DNA from: Thraustochytrium aureum
Taxonomy: Eukaryota
Direction of reading: 5' to 3'
NCBI GenBank assembly: GCA_012862495.1
Contig: BLSG01000084.1
Coordinates: 134,696-198,263, forward strand
Length of the DNA: 63,568 bases
In this document: in pieces, positions 1 to 12,400 of the stretch
Numbering within the stretch: the first letter of the stretch is position 1
How the letters are laid out: each line of letters begins with the position of its first letter
The notes under the pieces: generated by a model
Databases searched by the model: none
Seen by the model: only the letters and a program-made list of their open reading frames with translations
Told to the model about the DNA's origin: nothing
Made by a program: the position numbers and the translations under genes

Positions 1-253
1 AGCCCGCGCAACGGTCCCTGGGAGAGCAGCCGGTTGCTTGCTTGCTCACACTGCGGTCTGGCGTCGCTCTGAGCCTGGTCCGCTCTGTCGGTCGCCAGAC
101 GCCCGCTTGCTGCTTGCGAAGCGGGTTTGCAGGGCCGCGGTCGGATCCTACCGCGCGGCAGTTATTTGCCTTCGGGAGGGTGCTGCCCAGTGGGGCGTCG
201 CATCTCCAGGCGGTAATCGTCACCGACATGCCGTGCCTCGGCAGGAAAACTAA

Positions 254-363
254 GTTCGCTCATACTCGAGCAACAGCGATTTCACAGCGATTTGGGACTC
301 GAGCAACAGCGATTTCACAGCGATTTGGGGGTTCGTTCATACTCGAGCAACAGCGACTTGGGG
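254..363. repeat. short tandem repeat, 33-bp unit ACTCGAGCAACAGCGATTTCACAGCGATTTGGG (two full copies plus a partial copy)
   Basis: Units start at 264 and 297, with a partial copy at 341. GTTCG(C/T)TCAT precedes the first and third copies. Lies just 3' of the HECT gene stop. Confidence 0.85.
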
Positions 364-435
364 TGGGGGGGCGCCGCGGATGCCAACAGAAGCTTTCCCT
401 CATTTACCACTCGCCTACTCTGCTATACTTACTCA

Positions 436-3400
436 TCACTCCTCCTCGTCGTCGTCGCCGTCGTCGTCCTGGTTGCTGTTGAAGGAGCGCAAAAAGTTGC
501 CGCCCTCGCGCGCCACCGTGGTGTCGTCCGCGTCGATCGTGGTGCAGTTGGTGATGGCGAACAGGAGCTTGTCGTGGCAAATCTCCTTCGAGGTGTACAT
601 GGGAAGGTCGATCGAGAAGAAACACGTGTGGCCCACCGGCAGGTAGTCGTCCGAGGGCGTCTTGTTGTACTTGTTGATCTTGTGCTTGCGCTCCCAATCC
701 GCCGTGCTCGAAGGGAGCCGGCTCCTGCCCCAAACAAACCGCAGGTAGCGCTGGCGCTCCTCCTGCGCAAACTCCCCCATGACCTGCCAGAACAGCTGTA
801 CAGAGGGCGTGTTCTCCGACACGCCCTCGCCGTAGATCGTGTTGAGCTTCAGGATCCCAATGTCCACCTCGGGCGGCCCGCAAACCATGAGCTCCAGCTC
901 GTCTGCGCAAAAGATCGACAGCAAGTTGCGCGGCACCTGCGTGCCCATCCCACGCGCGATGGCCGCGCACTGCCGGTCCAGCTCGTGCAGCCGCGCGCGC
1001 TCTATCGCTCGCAGATAGTCGTCCCGCCGCGCCAACGTGACCGGCGTGCTGTTGCCGCCCGGCACGAGCTCCACATACCGCCCGTCCGATCCCTTCATCG
1101 TGAACTTGAGGTCTGCGCGCGCTAGCGACTCGTCGTCCTCCAGCTCGCGCACGGCGGCATAGCCGCGGTAAAAGTCCTCGTCGAAGCGCCTGATGTCGTG
1201 GATCGACACGTGGTCGTTGCAGAGCTGCTTCCACACAAAGGCGGGCAAGTCCAGCACGAAAGGGTTCTTGGTTCGCATCGCGATACCCATCAGCTTGCCC
1301 ACAAACTCAAACATGCACAAGTTGACGTGCGAGGTCGCCGAGGCGCTCGGCACCCACTTGCCGCGGTCCGCCCCTTCGTTGGCCACCTGGTTCGGGCACG
1401 GAAGGAACAGAGGCAGCGACGGCGTCAGTAGCTCCTGGCATGCTTGGTTGAACACGTCCCGGTACGGCCCACCATAGTCGTCCGCGCGCTCGCCCGCAAG
1501 GATCGTGTACCAGGCCCTGTGCGAGTTGCGCAGAAGGCTCGCGTCCTTGACCGCCGCCGTGGGGGCAAGCAACGAGTTCTTGCCTAGCTTCTCCTCCGCG
1601 CCGCTCCCGTGCAGCTGCGAAAACAGCTGCCCAAACACCGTTTTCGTTCCCTTGGTGTCCGGCCGACCCAGCTTGAGGAACTGCGCGGCCATGTTGCGGT
1701 CCAGCGTCACCGTCGGCGTCTTGTTCTGCTGCATCCAGTGGTCGTCCCCGCTGTGCGAGTCCGCAAGCACGCGCTCGAAGAGGGCCTTCTTCACGGAGCT
1801 CATCACCACACCGCGAACCGCACGCAACGCGGATGCCAGCGCCGACTCGTGCGCCGGGCAGCTCAGGTCGATCAGCGGTAGGACGTGCGCGAGTCGACGG
1901 TTAAAGTTGCGTAGCACCAAGAATCGCAGCTGCAGGTGCAGCAGAGCGATCCCGTTCAGCTCCTTGTACCGGTCCAGCTCCTCCGCGGTTGGCTCCAGGT
2001 CGTTCGGCGACAGCGTCAAGGGGTCCTCGCCCTGCTTGGAGCAAATCTCGTTCACAAGCCGCACCAGCGCGCAGTCCTGCGCTAGGCTCATTGAGCGAAA
2101 CATCTTGTGGAACACCGCCAGCCGCCGCGCATTCTTTGGCTCCTGCGCGATGCGCTTCGTCGTCTCGCGCGAAAACAGCGGCGAAATTGTCATCCGGTAA
2201 CCCCACTCCTTGTTTGCGACCCGCTTCTTTTCCCGCGGCGACTTGCGTCCGCCGCCGCCGCCGCCGCCGCCGCTGGCAGGCTGCCTACCAAGCCCGCAGC
2301 GACCCCAAGCCCGCTACGGGAGAGCGACATCGTCGACGACCCCGCTCCGGTTGGGGCGTGCGCGCTGTACTCGTCCTCAAAGCTCGTGCCATTCTCTATC
2401 GCGTGCTCACGCTGCACGATCTGGTTCGAGCCCGCCGCAGTTTGCAGCGCTGCCACTGCCGCAGCGGCCGTTGCGCGCGCTCCGTTCGGGTCGTCATCGC
2501 CGCCGTCTTCCTCGTCCTCGTCCTCCTCCTCCTCCGCTTCCTCTTCCTCCACTTCAAAGGCCCCTGCCTCCGTCGAGCCGATTCTCCCTCGCTCACTGTG
2601 CTCGCGCCCGTGCTTTCGCCGCCGTGCTTCGCTCGGCATCCCAACGGCGGAGCCCTGCTCAAGCTCAGACTCCAGCTCGCTCTGGTCCAGGTCAAGAACC
2701 TGGTTCACCTGCGTGAGCCACTCCTCCTCCTCGGCGATCACTGCCTCCTCCGCCTCTACCGCCGCGCGCTCAGCTTCCTGCTTGCTCTCCTCCGCCATGC
2801 GGTCCGAGTGATTGATCAGGTACTCAGCCGCTCGGTTCATGTCGTTGTCAGACGCGTTCAGGGCCTGCACGCACCACTCCACCGGGTAGCCAAGTGCAGA
2901 GAGGATCGCGGCCTGCTCCTCAGACCCGTCCGCTCCAGTGCTCGCCGAGCCCTCGCCAGAGTCGCCGCCGCCCGACCGACGCGCACTCAGACCAACTCGA
3001 GGCAGCTGCTGCCGCTGTCGCCGCGCCGTGCGCCGGGCACTGCTCCCAGCCGCGTCCAGCTCCTGCTCAACACTGCGATTGCTCCGGATCCCGCGCCTGC
3101 TTCGCCCCGAGCCGGAACCGCGCCGACTCCGGCTCGACGACCGAGACCCGGACGCCTCGCCCTGGCTGCCCGAGAATCGCGGCGTAATCCGCGCCGTCGC
3201 ATGCTGCGCCTCAAAGCTGCTTCGTAGCTGGTGCAGTATCCCAGCCGTCTCGAGGTCAGCGGCAGAGCTGCCAGAGAGCAACGTGATCTGGTCGTCCTTG
3301 TTGTAGAACGAAAAGGTCGGCACCAGCTCGTTGCCGGGCTTGAGCACAGTCGAGGGCAGCGGTAGTCGGTTGAACGCGACGCCCCAGTCCTCCCCATTGC

Positions 3401-6400
3401 AAGCTATGGACATGGCGCGACGCGGGATGTCAAGTGTGATCCGAACGATGTCGCCCTGTTTGAGCCGCTTGCCGAAGCGGTGCCGAACCTTGCGGCCCCC
3501 GTGCCAACACGCCATGCACCCGATCCAGCCCCAACCCTTATCGTCGCTGCCGAGGTAATTCGACACCTTGGCGCTCTTCATGGCCACCCCAAAAAAAGAT
3601 GTTGGCCGACGGCCCTGTGCGGTCCACGCGCACTTCCCACGAGTTGATCCCGCTGTTGAAGCCCGTCGTGCTGAACAGCGTCTGCCACACCTTGTCCTTG
3701 CGCAGCGTCGCTGTCAGCCCGTTGTTGCTCACGCGGATTTCCGGCCCTTTGAACTCGGCATTCCGGTGGAACGACCAGTTGAGCGTTTGCGGCTCTGGGA
3801 ACTGGTACGTCATCGTGCTGGACGGAATGTGCACCGAGCATCCGCCAAAGCAACCTTGCAGCGTTTCCACGTGGATTTCGCGCCGCACCTGGTTGTTCAG
3901 CCGCACATTGCACGACAGCTTGAGAGTCTTGCCGAAAGGCGTCGAGCACCGCCGGTCAAACCGTACCACAAGCGCCTCGGCGCCGGGGATCGTCACCTCC
4001 CCCTTCACCATCTTGTTCGTGAACGGGTGGGCAGTCTCGACCACGGCGGTGTGGTTGGCCAACACCAGCTTCAAGAACGTGTCTTCTGCCATGAGAAACT
4101 CGCTTGGCATTTCGACCCGCTCGCGGTGCACCAGCGCCTCCATGATCGCAGCCAGCTCTGACAGCTGCTGAAACCAGTTCTCGCTGCTCGTCAGCAGATC
4201 GGCGTCGTTCCCGTTTCTCCCTGCACTTGATCCAGGCCGAGGCCCTAGCTCGAGCTCGTCGAGCCTCGAGCCAAAGAAGGCCGCGGCCGTCGGACTCTCC
4301 AAAGCAGGGCGTAGGCCAGCAGAGGCGGCGGGGTCGTCTGCGGCCAGGTCGCGCGCAGCAGCCGACCGAGTCACATTGTTGGCGCGCAGGAAAGTCACGC
4401 CGAGAGGCCTCGTGTTCTTGATTGTGTCCCACATCTCCTTCCTCTCGTACTCGACAATCCGCTTCTTGTTCAGCTCCCAAAAAATGTCGCCAGGTGCAAC
4501 TCCCTTCCCAATGGCAGCACCGTCCGGCTTGACCGAGTGGACGATCAAGATGTCCTTGTTCGAAAGGATCTCAATCCCCAGCGGCCCGTCGAAGGCCACG
4601 TCAAAGTACTCGTGGGCCTCATCTGCGCCCTTGCCCTTGCGCCTCCGGTGCTGTAGTTCGCCGGGCACCGCCCCGCCCGCCGACTTCTCAGCAGCAGGAT
4701 CCTCGACGCCGCCGGCCGGCCCGCCCCTGCGCCCGTCCAGGTCGCGCTCCTGCTTGCGTGAGGCAAACCCCGTCGTTCGCTGCGTGAGGCTCACCGAAAC
4801 AAAGACCTCCGCAAGCGCGCAGAGCAAGGACGAGAACAGAGGCATCTCGTCCAGCAAGCCGTCCTTGGGTTTCTGCGCTTGCCGCTTATACAGAGACTCC
4901 ATCTGCACANNNNNNNNNNNNNNNNNNNNNNNNNNNNNNNNNNNNNNNNNNNNNNNNNNNNNNNNNNNNNNNNNNNNNNNNNNNNNNNNNNNNNNNNNNN
5001 NNNNNNNNNNNNNNNNNNNNNNNNNNNNNNNNNNNNNNNNNNNNNNNNCGGCGAAGCTGTCCGGCTGAAACGCAACAGCGCGTGCACAAGCTCTGGGCTG
5101 AACACGCGCCTCGCCCATCGCCCCATCCCGTTCGCCTCGTTCGAGTCAAACTCTGAAAACAGCTGCAGGATCCACAGCAAGAGCTCGCTTGAGCCGTGGT
5201 TCGAGTTTGTCGTCGACGCCAGGCCGAGGTGGAACGGCCGCAGCTCGTCTTGGCGCGGGTGGTCCCCCGCCTTCTCAAAGCCCCCGGGAGCCCCGTCGCC
5301 ACCGCCGCCGCCTGCCGCGTTCTCCCTAGCCGGCTTGCCCGAGTTACCCGCCACGGGCGCCGCAAATCCCGTCGTCAGCCGCAGCCCGTGCAACATCCGA
5401 GACTTTGTGTCCTCCTCGGTCGACCGCTTTTGGGACTCGAGACAGAGTCGCGCCTCAATCGTGCCCGCGTCCACGCGGTTCATCGAGAGTAGTTTGTTCT
5501 TCTCGCGCTCGCGGTCCTTGGCACTTGCGCCAGCTGCGGCGCCCAGGACTTGGTCCTGCTTGGCGAGGACTGGCACAAACGTCCTCGAGCTGTTGTCGAT
5601 CTCCCAGATCGACACACCAACGCACCGGCTGGCCTTAACCGGCCCCTGCCCGCTCGACGGCCCGCCCACGCCCCCACCCACGCCGCCTCCAAACGCCTGG
5701 CTCGCGACAACCTTTGTCTTGCGGACTGCGGGGATTTTGGAACGCCGCCGAGTTGCTGCGTCGTCGGTGCCGCCAACACCGTGCACGGCTCCGCTCTCGC
5801 TGTCCTCGGCCTTTCCGCCCTCCTTGCCCTTGTCGTCGACCTTCTTCGCATCGCCGGGCCGGTACGACCACAGCCCGTGCTGCAAGGTGCTAAGCTGGAC
5901 GCAGCTCTGGTGCACGCAGCGGAGCTGCTGCAAGCCCTCCCGCTTCGGGTCTGGCTCTCGGCGCGAGTGGCCTTTCACGGCAACGCACCCGAGCGCCACA
6001 TACCCGTCTGGGGGCACCGGTTGCCACAGCGAAACCGACTCGTCGTAGTCCGCCTCGACGTTCTGCCAAACCAGACGAAACCGGACGGGCGCAGCAAGCA
6101 GGGGAAGCCCTGTGGACGTCGTCGTTTTGCCCCCCATTCCATCGTCGTCGCTCACCACAGTAACGGGAGCGGGCATCTCGCCCTCGCCTAAACCGGTCGC
6201 CGGCGTCGCCACGTCGCCCAAAATAGAAAACCCAGAGTCCGCGAACGGCCGCCACAGGCGAACAGTCGCCGCTCGCTCAGTGGTCACGTCCTTCTTCTTG
6301 CGGCTAAGCGGGTCGACCTGCTCCGTGGTCCGCGTAAACTTGTCGTTCCAAATCTGCTCAAACTGGACAGACGGCCCGGCCTGCAAGCCCCCCGGGAGGA

Positions 6401-9400
6401 ATTGCCACGGGCCGCGCGCGAGAAGAACAAGCTCGTGGAGCACATCTTCCGACAACGACCGCAAAACAGAGTTACGCCAGGCCTCTTCCTCGATCTCGGC
6501 GCGCACCGCGCGTCGCAGCGCTTGGTCGCTCATGCTCGTTGGCGGCGACTCAGTCATCAGTTCATCAGTGCCGTAATACTCGACCTTGGTCCCGCCGCTC
6601 GCCTTCACCGCAACGCGGGCTCGCCGCAGGTCCGTACCCATCGAGCCCACGCTCGACGCAGCTTGCAAGCCAGCGCCCGACGCCTCTTTGCGCTGCGCGT
6701 TTTCGTCGTATTCCTCACCGATTGCGTCAACGTAATTCAGCGGGATCGTCCCCACGGCGCCAGTTTTGAGGTCCTTGGCGCGTCCCCATCCGCTCTTCGT
6801 CGCACCGAGCACGACGACTGTGTCGCCTTTCTTGATCATGAGGTCCCCTTTGCGCTGCGGCACAAAGTCGTACAGCACTTTCGCGAGCTGCTGAAACTCT
6901 TGCTGCTGCTGCTGCTGGAACTGCTCGAGACGTTTGCGCTTTTCTGCGCCTGCGTCCTCCCCACCACCAACGTCGGAGTGGGCGCCTGCTGCGCCACCCT
7001 GGCCACCAGCGCCGGCAGAAATCGAGGCACCGCGCGAAGCGTCATGGGCAGAGCCTCCAACACTGATCACCTCGCCCTCGCGAACAGCAACCTCCTCGCT
7101 CGCGAAGACGGAAACCAGGTCGCCGCCCAGCGGGCCGCCCTCGCCTTCCGGCGGCGCCGCTCCCAGACGCTCAAACCACCACACCTTCGTCCCAGGCGCG
7201 AGCGCCGCCTGCTTGTCGCGCCTCTTTTCGTCCAACTTCGCCTTCGTGAACCGCCTCCACAAAGGCAGGGCCCGCGCAAGCGGCAGCCCGTCCGCGTCCA
7301 CTGGCATGGGTCGCCCAACCTCTTGGGAAAAGACCAGCAAGAGCTTGCGGCGGAGGACCTGGATCGGGTCCCCAGGGTCGACCTCGTGCGCCACGGTGCC
7401 CGAGCGGATGTCCTTGCGGATAGACTCGGGAAAGGCGCGCAGGTAATTGCGCAGAAAGTTGCGCCCCGTTCCGTCAACTGCAAGCAACTTTTGCTGCATG
7501 TCCTGCACGATGCTGCACTGCTCGCTCGCGAGGCTCAGGCGTGGCGTGCTCGCGCGCGGCGTCATAGACCCCTGGCCACTGCTCTGGACAACCAGCGAGT
7601 TCTCCAGGATCGAGACTGTGGCCTGTCGAGCGTGGGAAACGTACAGTTGCCGTGCAGTCTCCCACAACTCGGCGTTGATTTGCCGCAGTCCGCACCCAAG
7701 TGGGGGCAAGTTGAGCCGACCCGTTCGTCCGGACGCTGTGGCGGACGCGACATGCGACTCAGCCTCCAGGCCGTTGCCGCTGGTCCCGGCAGCCCCTCCC
7801 GAGACGTGGTCGCCTCCATCACCTCCTGCACCCGACGCACTGGCGCCTGCCGAGCCCAGCATGCCATCGCCCTGGCTCTGCACTGTGTTGTATATCTCGT
7901 ACGTTCGGTTGTGCGCANNNNNNNNNNNNNNNNNNNNNNNNNNNNNNNNNNNNNNNNNNNNNNNNNNNNNNNNNNNNNNNNNNNNNNNNNNNNNNNNNNN
8001 NNNNNNNNNNNNNNNNNNNNNNNNNNNNNNNNNNNNNNNNNNNNNNNNNNNNNNNNNNNNNNNNNNNNNNNNNNNNNNNNNNNNNNNNNNNNNNNNNNNN
8101 NNNNNNNNNNNNNNNNNNNNNNNNNNNNNNNNNNNNNNNNNNNNNNNNNNNNNNNNNNNNNNNNNNNNNNNNNNNNNNNNNNNNNNNNNNNNNNNNNNNN
8201 NNNNNNNNNNNNNNNNNNNNNNNNNNNNNNNNNNNNNNNNNNNNNNNNNNNNNNNNNNNTTGAGCTCGCGGCTGAGGCGGTAGGCGAGCTCGCCGACGTC
8301 CGGCATCGGGATCCCCGCAGCGTTGTCAAAGGGCCCGAGGCGCTCTACCTCCGCCTCCGTCATCGCGTAAGAACGCAGCTGGACACGCGCCACATTTACC
8401 GCTGGGGCGTCGCGCAGCTGGTCGACATCTCGAAACAGACAAAACGACGTGTCCAAGGCCCAGCGGTCGTCTTCGAGGATGAGGATGTGCTTTCCGACGC
8501 CCTGGTGCAGCAGTGACACCGCCTTGTGCCCGTCGACATAGTAGCAGATTTCCCCCTTTGTCAGGTCGGTTGTCATCGCCAGTCGATACCAAGTGTCAGG
8601 CTTGACCGTGCCGGCCCGGGAGTACTCGATGCAACCAACCGAACCGTCGCCTTTGACATACCAGTCCGCGAGGCTGTCGTTCTTCACGTTGGTTTGCATC
8701 AGTGCCACAAAGTCCCCACGCATGCTACTTGCAGGAATGCACACGTCCAGGACAACGGAATACTGGTTCAAGTAGACCGACCCATGCGAGCCGTTTCCGG
8801 AAAAGCTGTGCGAGCAGCGCAGGTACGAGTCTGCCGGAACATGCAAAAACCCATCTTGAGACCGCTCCGCTCCGCCGTCGGCGTCGGCGCCGAGCAGAGG
8901 CCCAACCACATCGGAATCGCCGCCGCCTTCCTGGGCGCCGCTGTCTTGCGCAGGGTTTTCCTCTAGCACATCCCGAACGAGCTGCACGGCGGCCCGCTTC
9001 GTCTCGGGCAGCACGCCGCCTTCAAAACTCCACGAGCAGGACAGCTGGTCGCTCTGCGCTGTTTGAACATCCCCAGCGCGCATCGACGCGCTACTGGCGT
9101 GCCTGCCAAGTGTTGGCTTGGGCTTGCCCGGCGAATCGTCGATCGCATCCCCCACGCTTTCGCGGCGCTTTCGCCGAAACAAAGCCTCGGCAATCCCCGC
9201 GTCGCCCGGGCTGTCAGGCTCGCCATCACGCTGCTGGCTGGGATTTGCCGACGGGCGCTCTTCCGCGAGGCGCGCGCAAAGCACATTTGGCATGCATTGC
9301 AGCTGAGAGGGTTCGGGTACGTGCAACTAGTGCAGACCCAGACCCCTTCCCTCAGCTCTGAGGCGCTCTGCGCGGCGGCGGCGGCGGCGGCGGCGGCTGC

Positions 9401-12400
9401 TGGTGCGACGCTCGTGCCGCTCTCCCCGCGGGCGGCGTCCTCGACCTTGGCCCGCAGGCACTCGAGGCTCATGAAGCGCCGGTGAAGCTGGCGGATCGGC
9501 ACGGTGTCCAGCCGGCCGCGCGGCGCAGCCAGGAGCGAGGTAACTGCCTGCAAGTGTCCATTCGAGACAAACAGCTGGACCATGCCGGGCTGGTTGTGAA
9601 GCATGACGTCCACTACCCGGCTCGCGCGTGCTTTGGCCACTTCGTGCAGGCACGCGGCGCGCACGTTCTGCATCCCCGCGGTACTCCCGGAGAGCGACAC
9701 GGTTTGCTGGACGAGGTTGACGAGCAACGCCAGGATTCGTTCGGGACGGTCAATGCAGCCCACAGGCACCGGTACCTTGGAGCACGGCACGAGCTCGCCG
9801 AGCTTGCGCACAGCAAGCCAGGACCCCACCCCGGCCCCGAGCAGGACGCGCCCAACCTCCTGAAAGGCCCCGTGTGGCCGGTACCGGTCAAGCAGTCCCT
9901 CTTGACCATCCACCTCGCTGGCGACGACCCTCACAGCTGCTCCATTGTGGAGGACGTCGTCCGAGGCGCCCAGAACCTGCAGGGCCCCCATCATCGCCCA
10001 GACGCGCTCCCGGTTCTCGTCAAACACAGACAGGTCTTCGATATCCTCTGGTAACCGAGGGATCTGCGAAGCCAGACTGTGCAGCAACGCGCGGTTCACA
10101 CAAGCTGCCCAGCCGTTCGCGGTCGAACCAAGCAGCGTTCGTAGAAGCGAGACTAACTGAGACCCAACAGCGCGATCCTCGCTGCTACCAATGCGCAAAA
10201 GGAGGCCGCGCACCGTGAATTGCAGTGGGACAGCCCGGAGCTGCATGCTAGGCAGCAAATGGCAGAGGACGTCGACTGCCAGCGAGCTGCGCACGGGGGA
10301 GTCGACAGAGGTGGCCACCTCAAACAGCATCTGCACCACCCACGGGCGCCTCCCCTGGATGTGCATGTGGCTCGCTGGCCATCGAGACACGAGATCCACG
10401 AGCACCTGCAGCAGATGGTTTACGTACAGGTTGACCGAACACATCCCGGCATTGGCGATCCCCGAGATCCACCCTGTAAAGGCCTCACTGCGGCGCTCTT
10501 CGAGACAGCAATGAGAAATGTCGGCCGCATTGTGCCGCGGGCAAAGGTGGCGAGACCCACCAGAAGCTGCCCTCCTCCGAGTCGCGGCAATGTCCACAAG
10601 CGCGTCTCGAAGCCGCTGGATAGCCCAGTCCGTCATGCAAAGCGCCGCCTCGCGCGTGACGTGCTCACCATGCAGGAAGTGCGACATGGCCAACGTCGCC
10701 GCTTTCACTGCCCTCAAGGGCCAGTTCATGCGATGCGGCGACGGCGGCGGCGACTCGCTCGCAAAGCGCGAGCGCGAGCCAACCAAGATGCAGGTGTGGT
10801 GGAACCGGCGGCGAGATGAAGCGGGCGCTGGTCTCGAAGCGAGAGGGACCATCTCGCCCTTGCAACATATCTCGACAGGGAACGGGTGGTCCACGGTGGT
10901 CCCGTTCCCAAGCCCGCCGTCCTTGTTGCGCCCCCAGGCAATAATGCGCCCCGAGGCCGTGGCGGCTACAGAATGACCGGTCCCGCACGTTACCGCCACA
11001 AAACGGTCGTCGTCCCCGCTCCAGAGCACCGGGACGGGGGCGTAAACCTCATAGTTGTGGCCCCAGACCGAGCTGGCCGAACTCATTCTTACCAAAGGCG
11101 TGCAGCGTTCCCTCGGCGATAACAACCGTAAAGTAGTAACCGCAGGCCACAGTCTCGCAGTTCAGGCTTCGCAACTTGCTGAGCCCGTCGGCCACTCGCA
11201 CGGGCAGGGCGGAGAGCTGCTTACTCGGGTCGTCGATGCCGAGCTGCCCGCAATCGTTGCGGCCAAACGTGAATAGTGAGCCGTCCTCCATTACAACGGC
11301 ACTGTGCTCGACGCCGCATGCCATGCTAACCGCACGCCCAAACTCGGCAAGGTGAGAGAGCCGCTGCGGCTTGGGCCAAATGTCAGCCGTGGACCCAATC
11401 CCGAGCTGGCCTCGCGTGTTCAGCCCAAACCCATAGAGCGTGCCGTCCTCCGTCAAGGCAAGAGAGTGGCTGTAGCTGCTTGCTGCAAGCGTGACGCGCT
11501 TGTCGCGGAGTGCCTCCTCAATGCGGCGCGGCTCAATTACCTTCTCCACTGTACTAGACAGTCCGAGCTGGCCGTACTGGTTGTATCCCCAGCCGTAAAG
11601 GTGGCCTTGCGAGGTGATCGCGAGCATGTGCTCGCTTCCATTCGCGCAGCAGATGCGGGTCACAAAGTGCGGGACGCGCACAAGGTGCGGGTGCACAACG
11701 CGCGCTTTATCAGACTCTCCGTCAGCGTCGTCAGAGAGGGGCCTGCCGCAAGCCCCGTTCTTGTTCAGCCCCCACATGTACACCTCGCCATCAGACGACA
11801 GGACCCCTGTGAACTCGTTCCCCGCAACAACCTGCACTGGGAAAAGGCCCTTGCACCTGAGGGACGTCGTCACTTCCTTGTGCGGCTTGACGTCGCGCAG
11901 GCCGAGCTCGCCATAAGTGTTTTGGCCACAAACTAGCAGCTCGGTTTCCTCGGCGTGCCCGAGGTTGAGCGGGCCCGACAAGACGAGGTGCCGGCGGGCC
12001 GTCTCCTCGTCCTCCTCGTCTTGCTCTGGGTTGGCCGGACCACTGCCCTCGACCTGCCGCTGGCTTGCGGACCCTGGCTGGCGTTGGTGCTGAATATCTT
12101 GCAACGCTTGCATCGCCTGCAATGCGCCCGGGTTGCCGCCCAACGCGCTCTGCTGTTGCACCTGGTTGGGCCCGCCCTCGAGCGCGTCGTCGGCGACGGC
12201 AACCGCCCCGGCTCCCCCAACCGACGTCGCCCCGCCCTCGCCACCGACCATCCCGATGACCCCGGCTCCCGACGAAGCCTTTTCGAGGCTGATAGCAGGG
12301 TCGAGCTTGATCTGCACAAAGCTCGACTCGATCACGACGCGCTTGAGGAGGGAGGTAGCCCCAGGGCTCAGGAGAGACACCGCTGGGTACAGCGGCTGCC

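Noticed and set aside
254..363. 33-bp repeats as a CRISPR array
   Set aside because: Copies are adjacent with no unique spacers, there are no cas genes, and the context is eukaryotic.
3588..3600. T7 run as a programmed frameshift site
   Set aside because: The required shift is +1, no signal is shared among the frameshift sites, and a homopolymer miscall is simpler.
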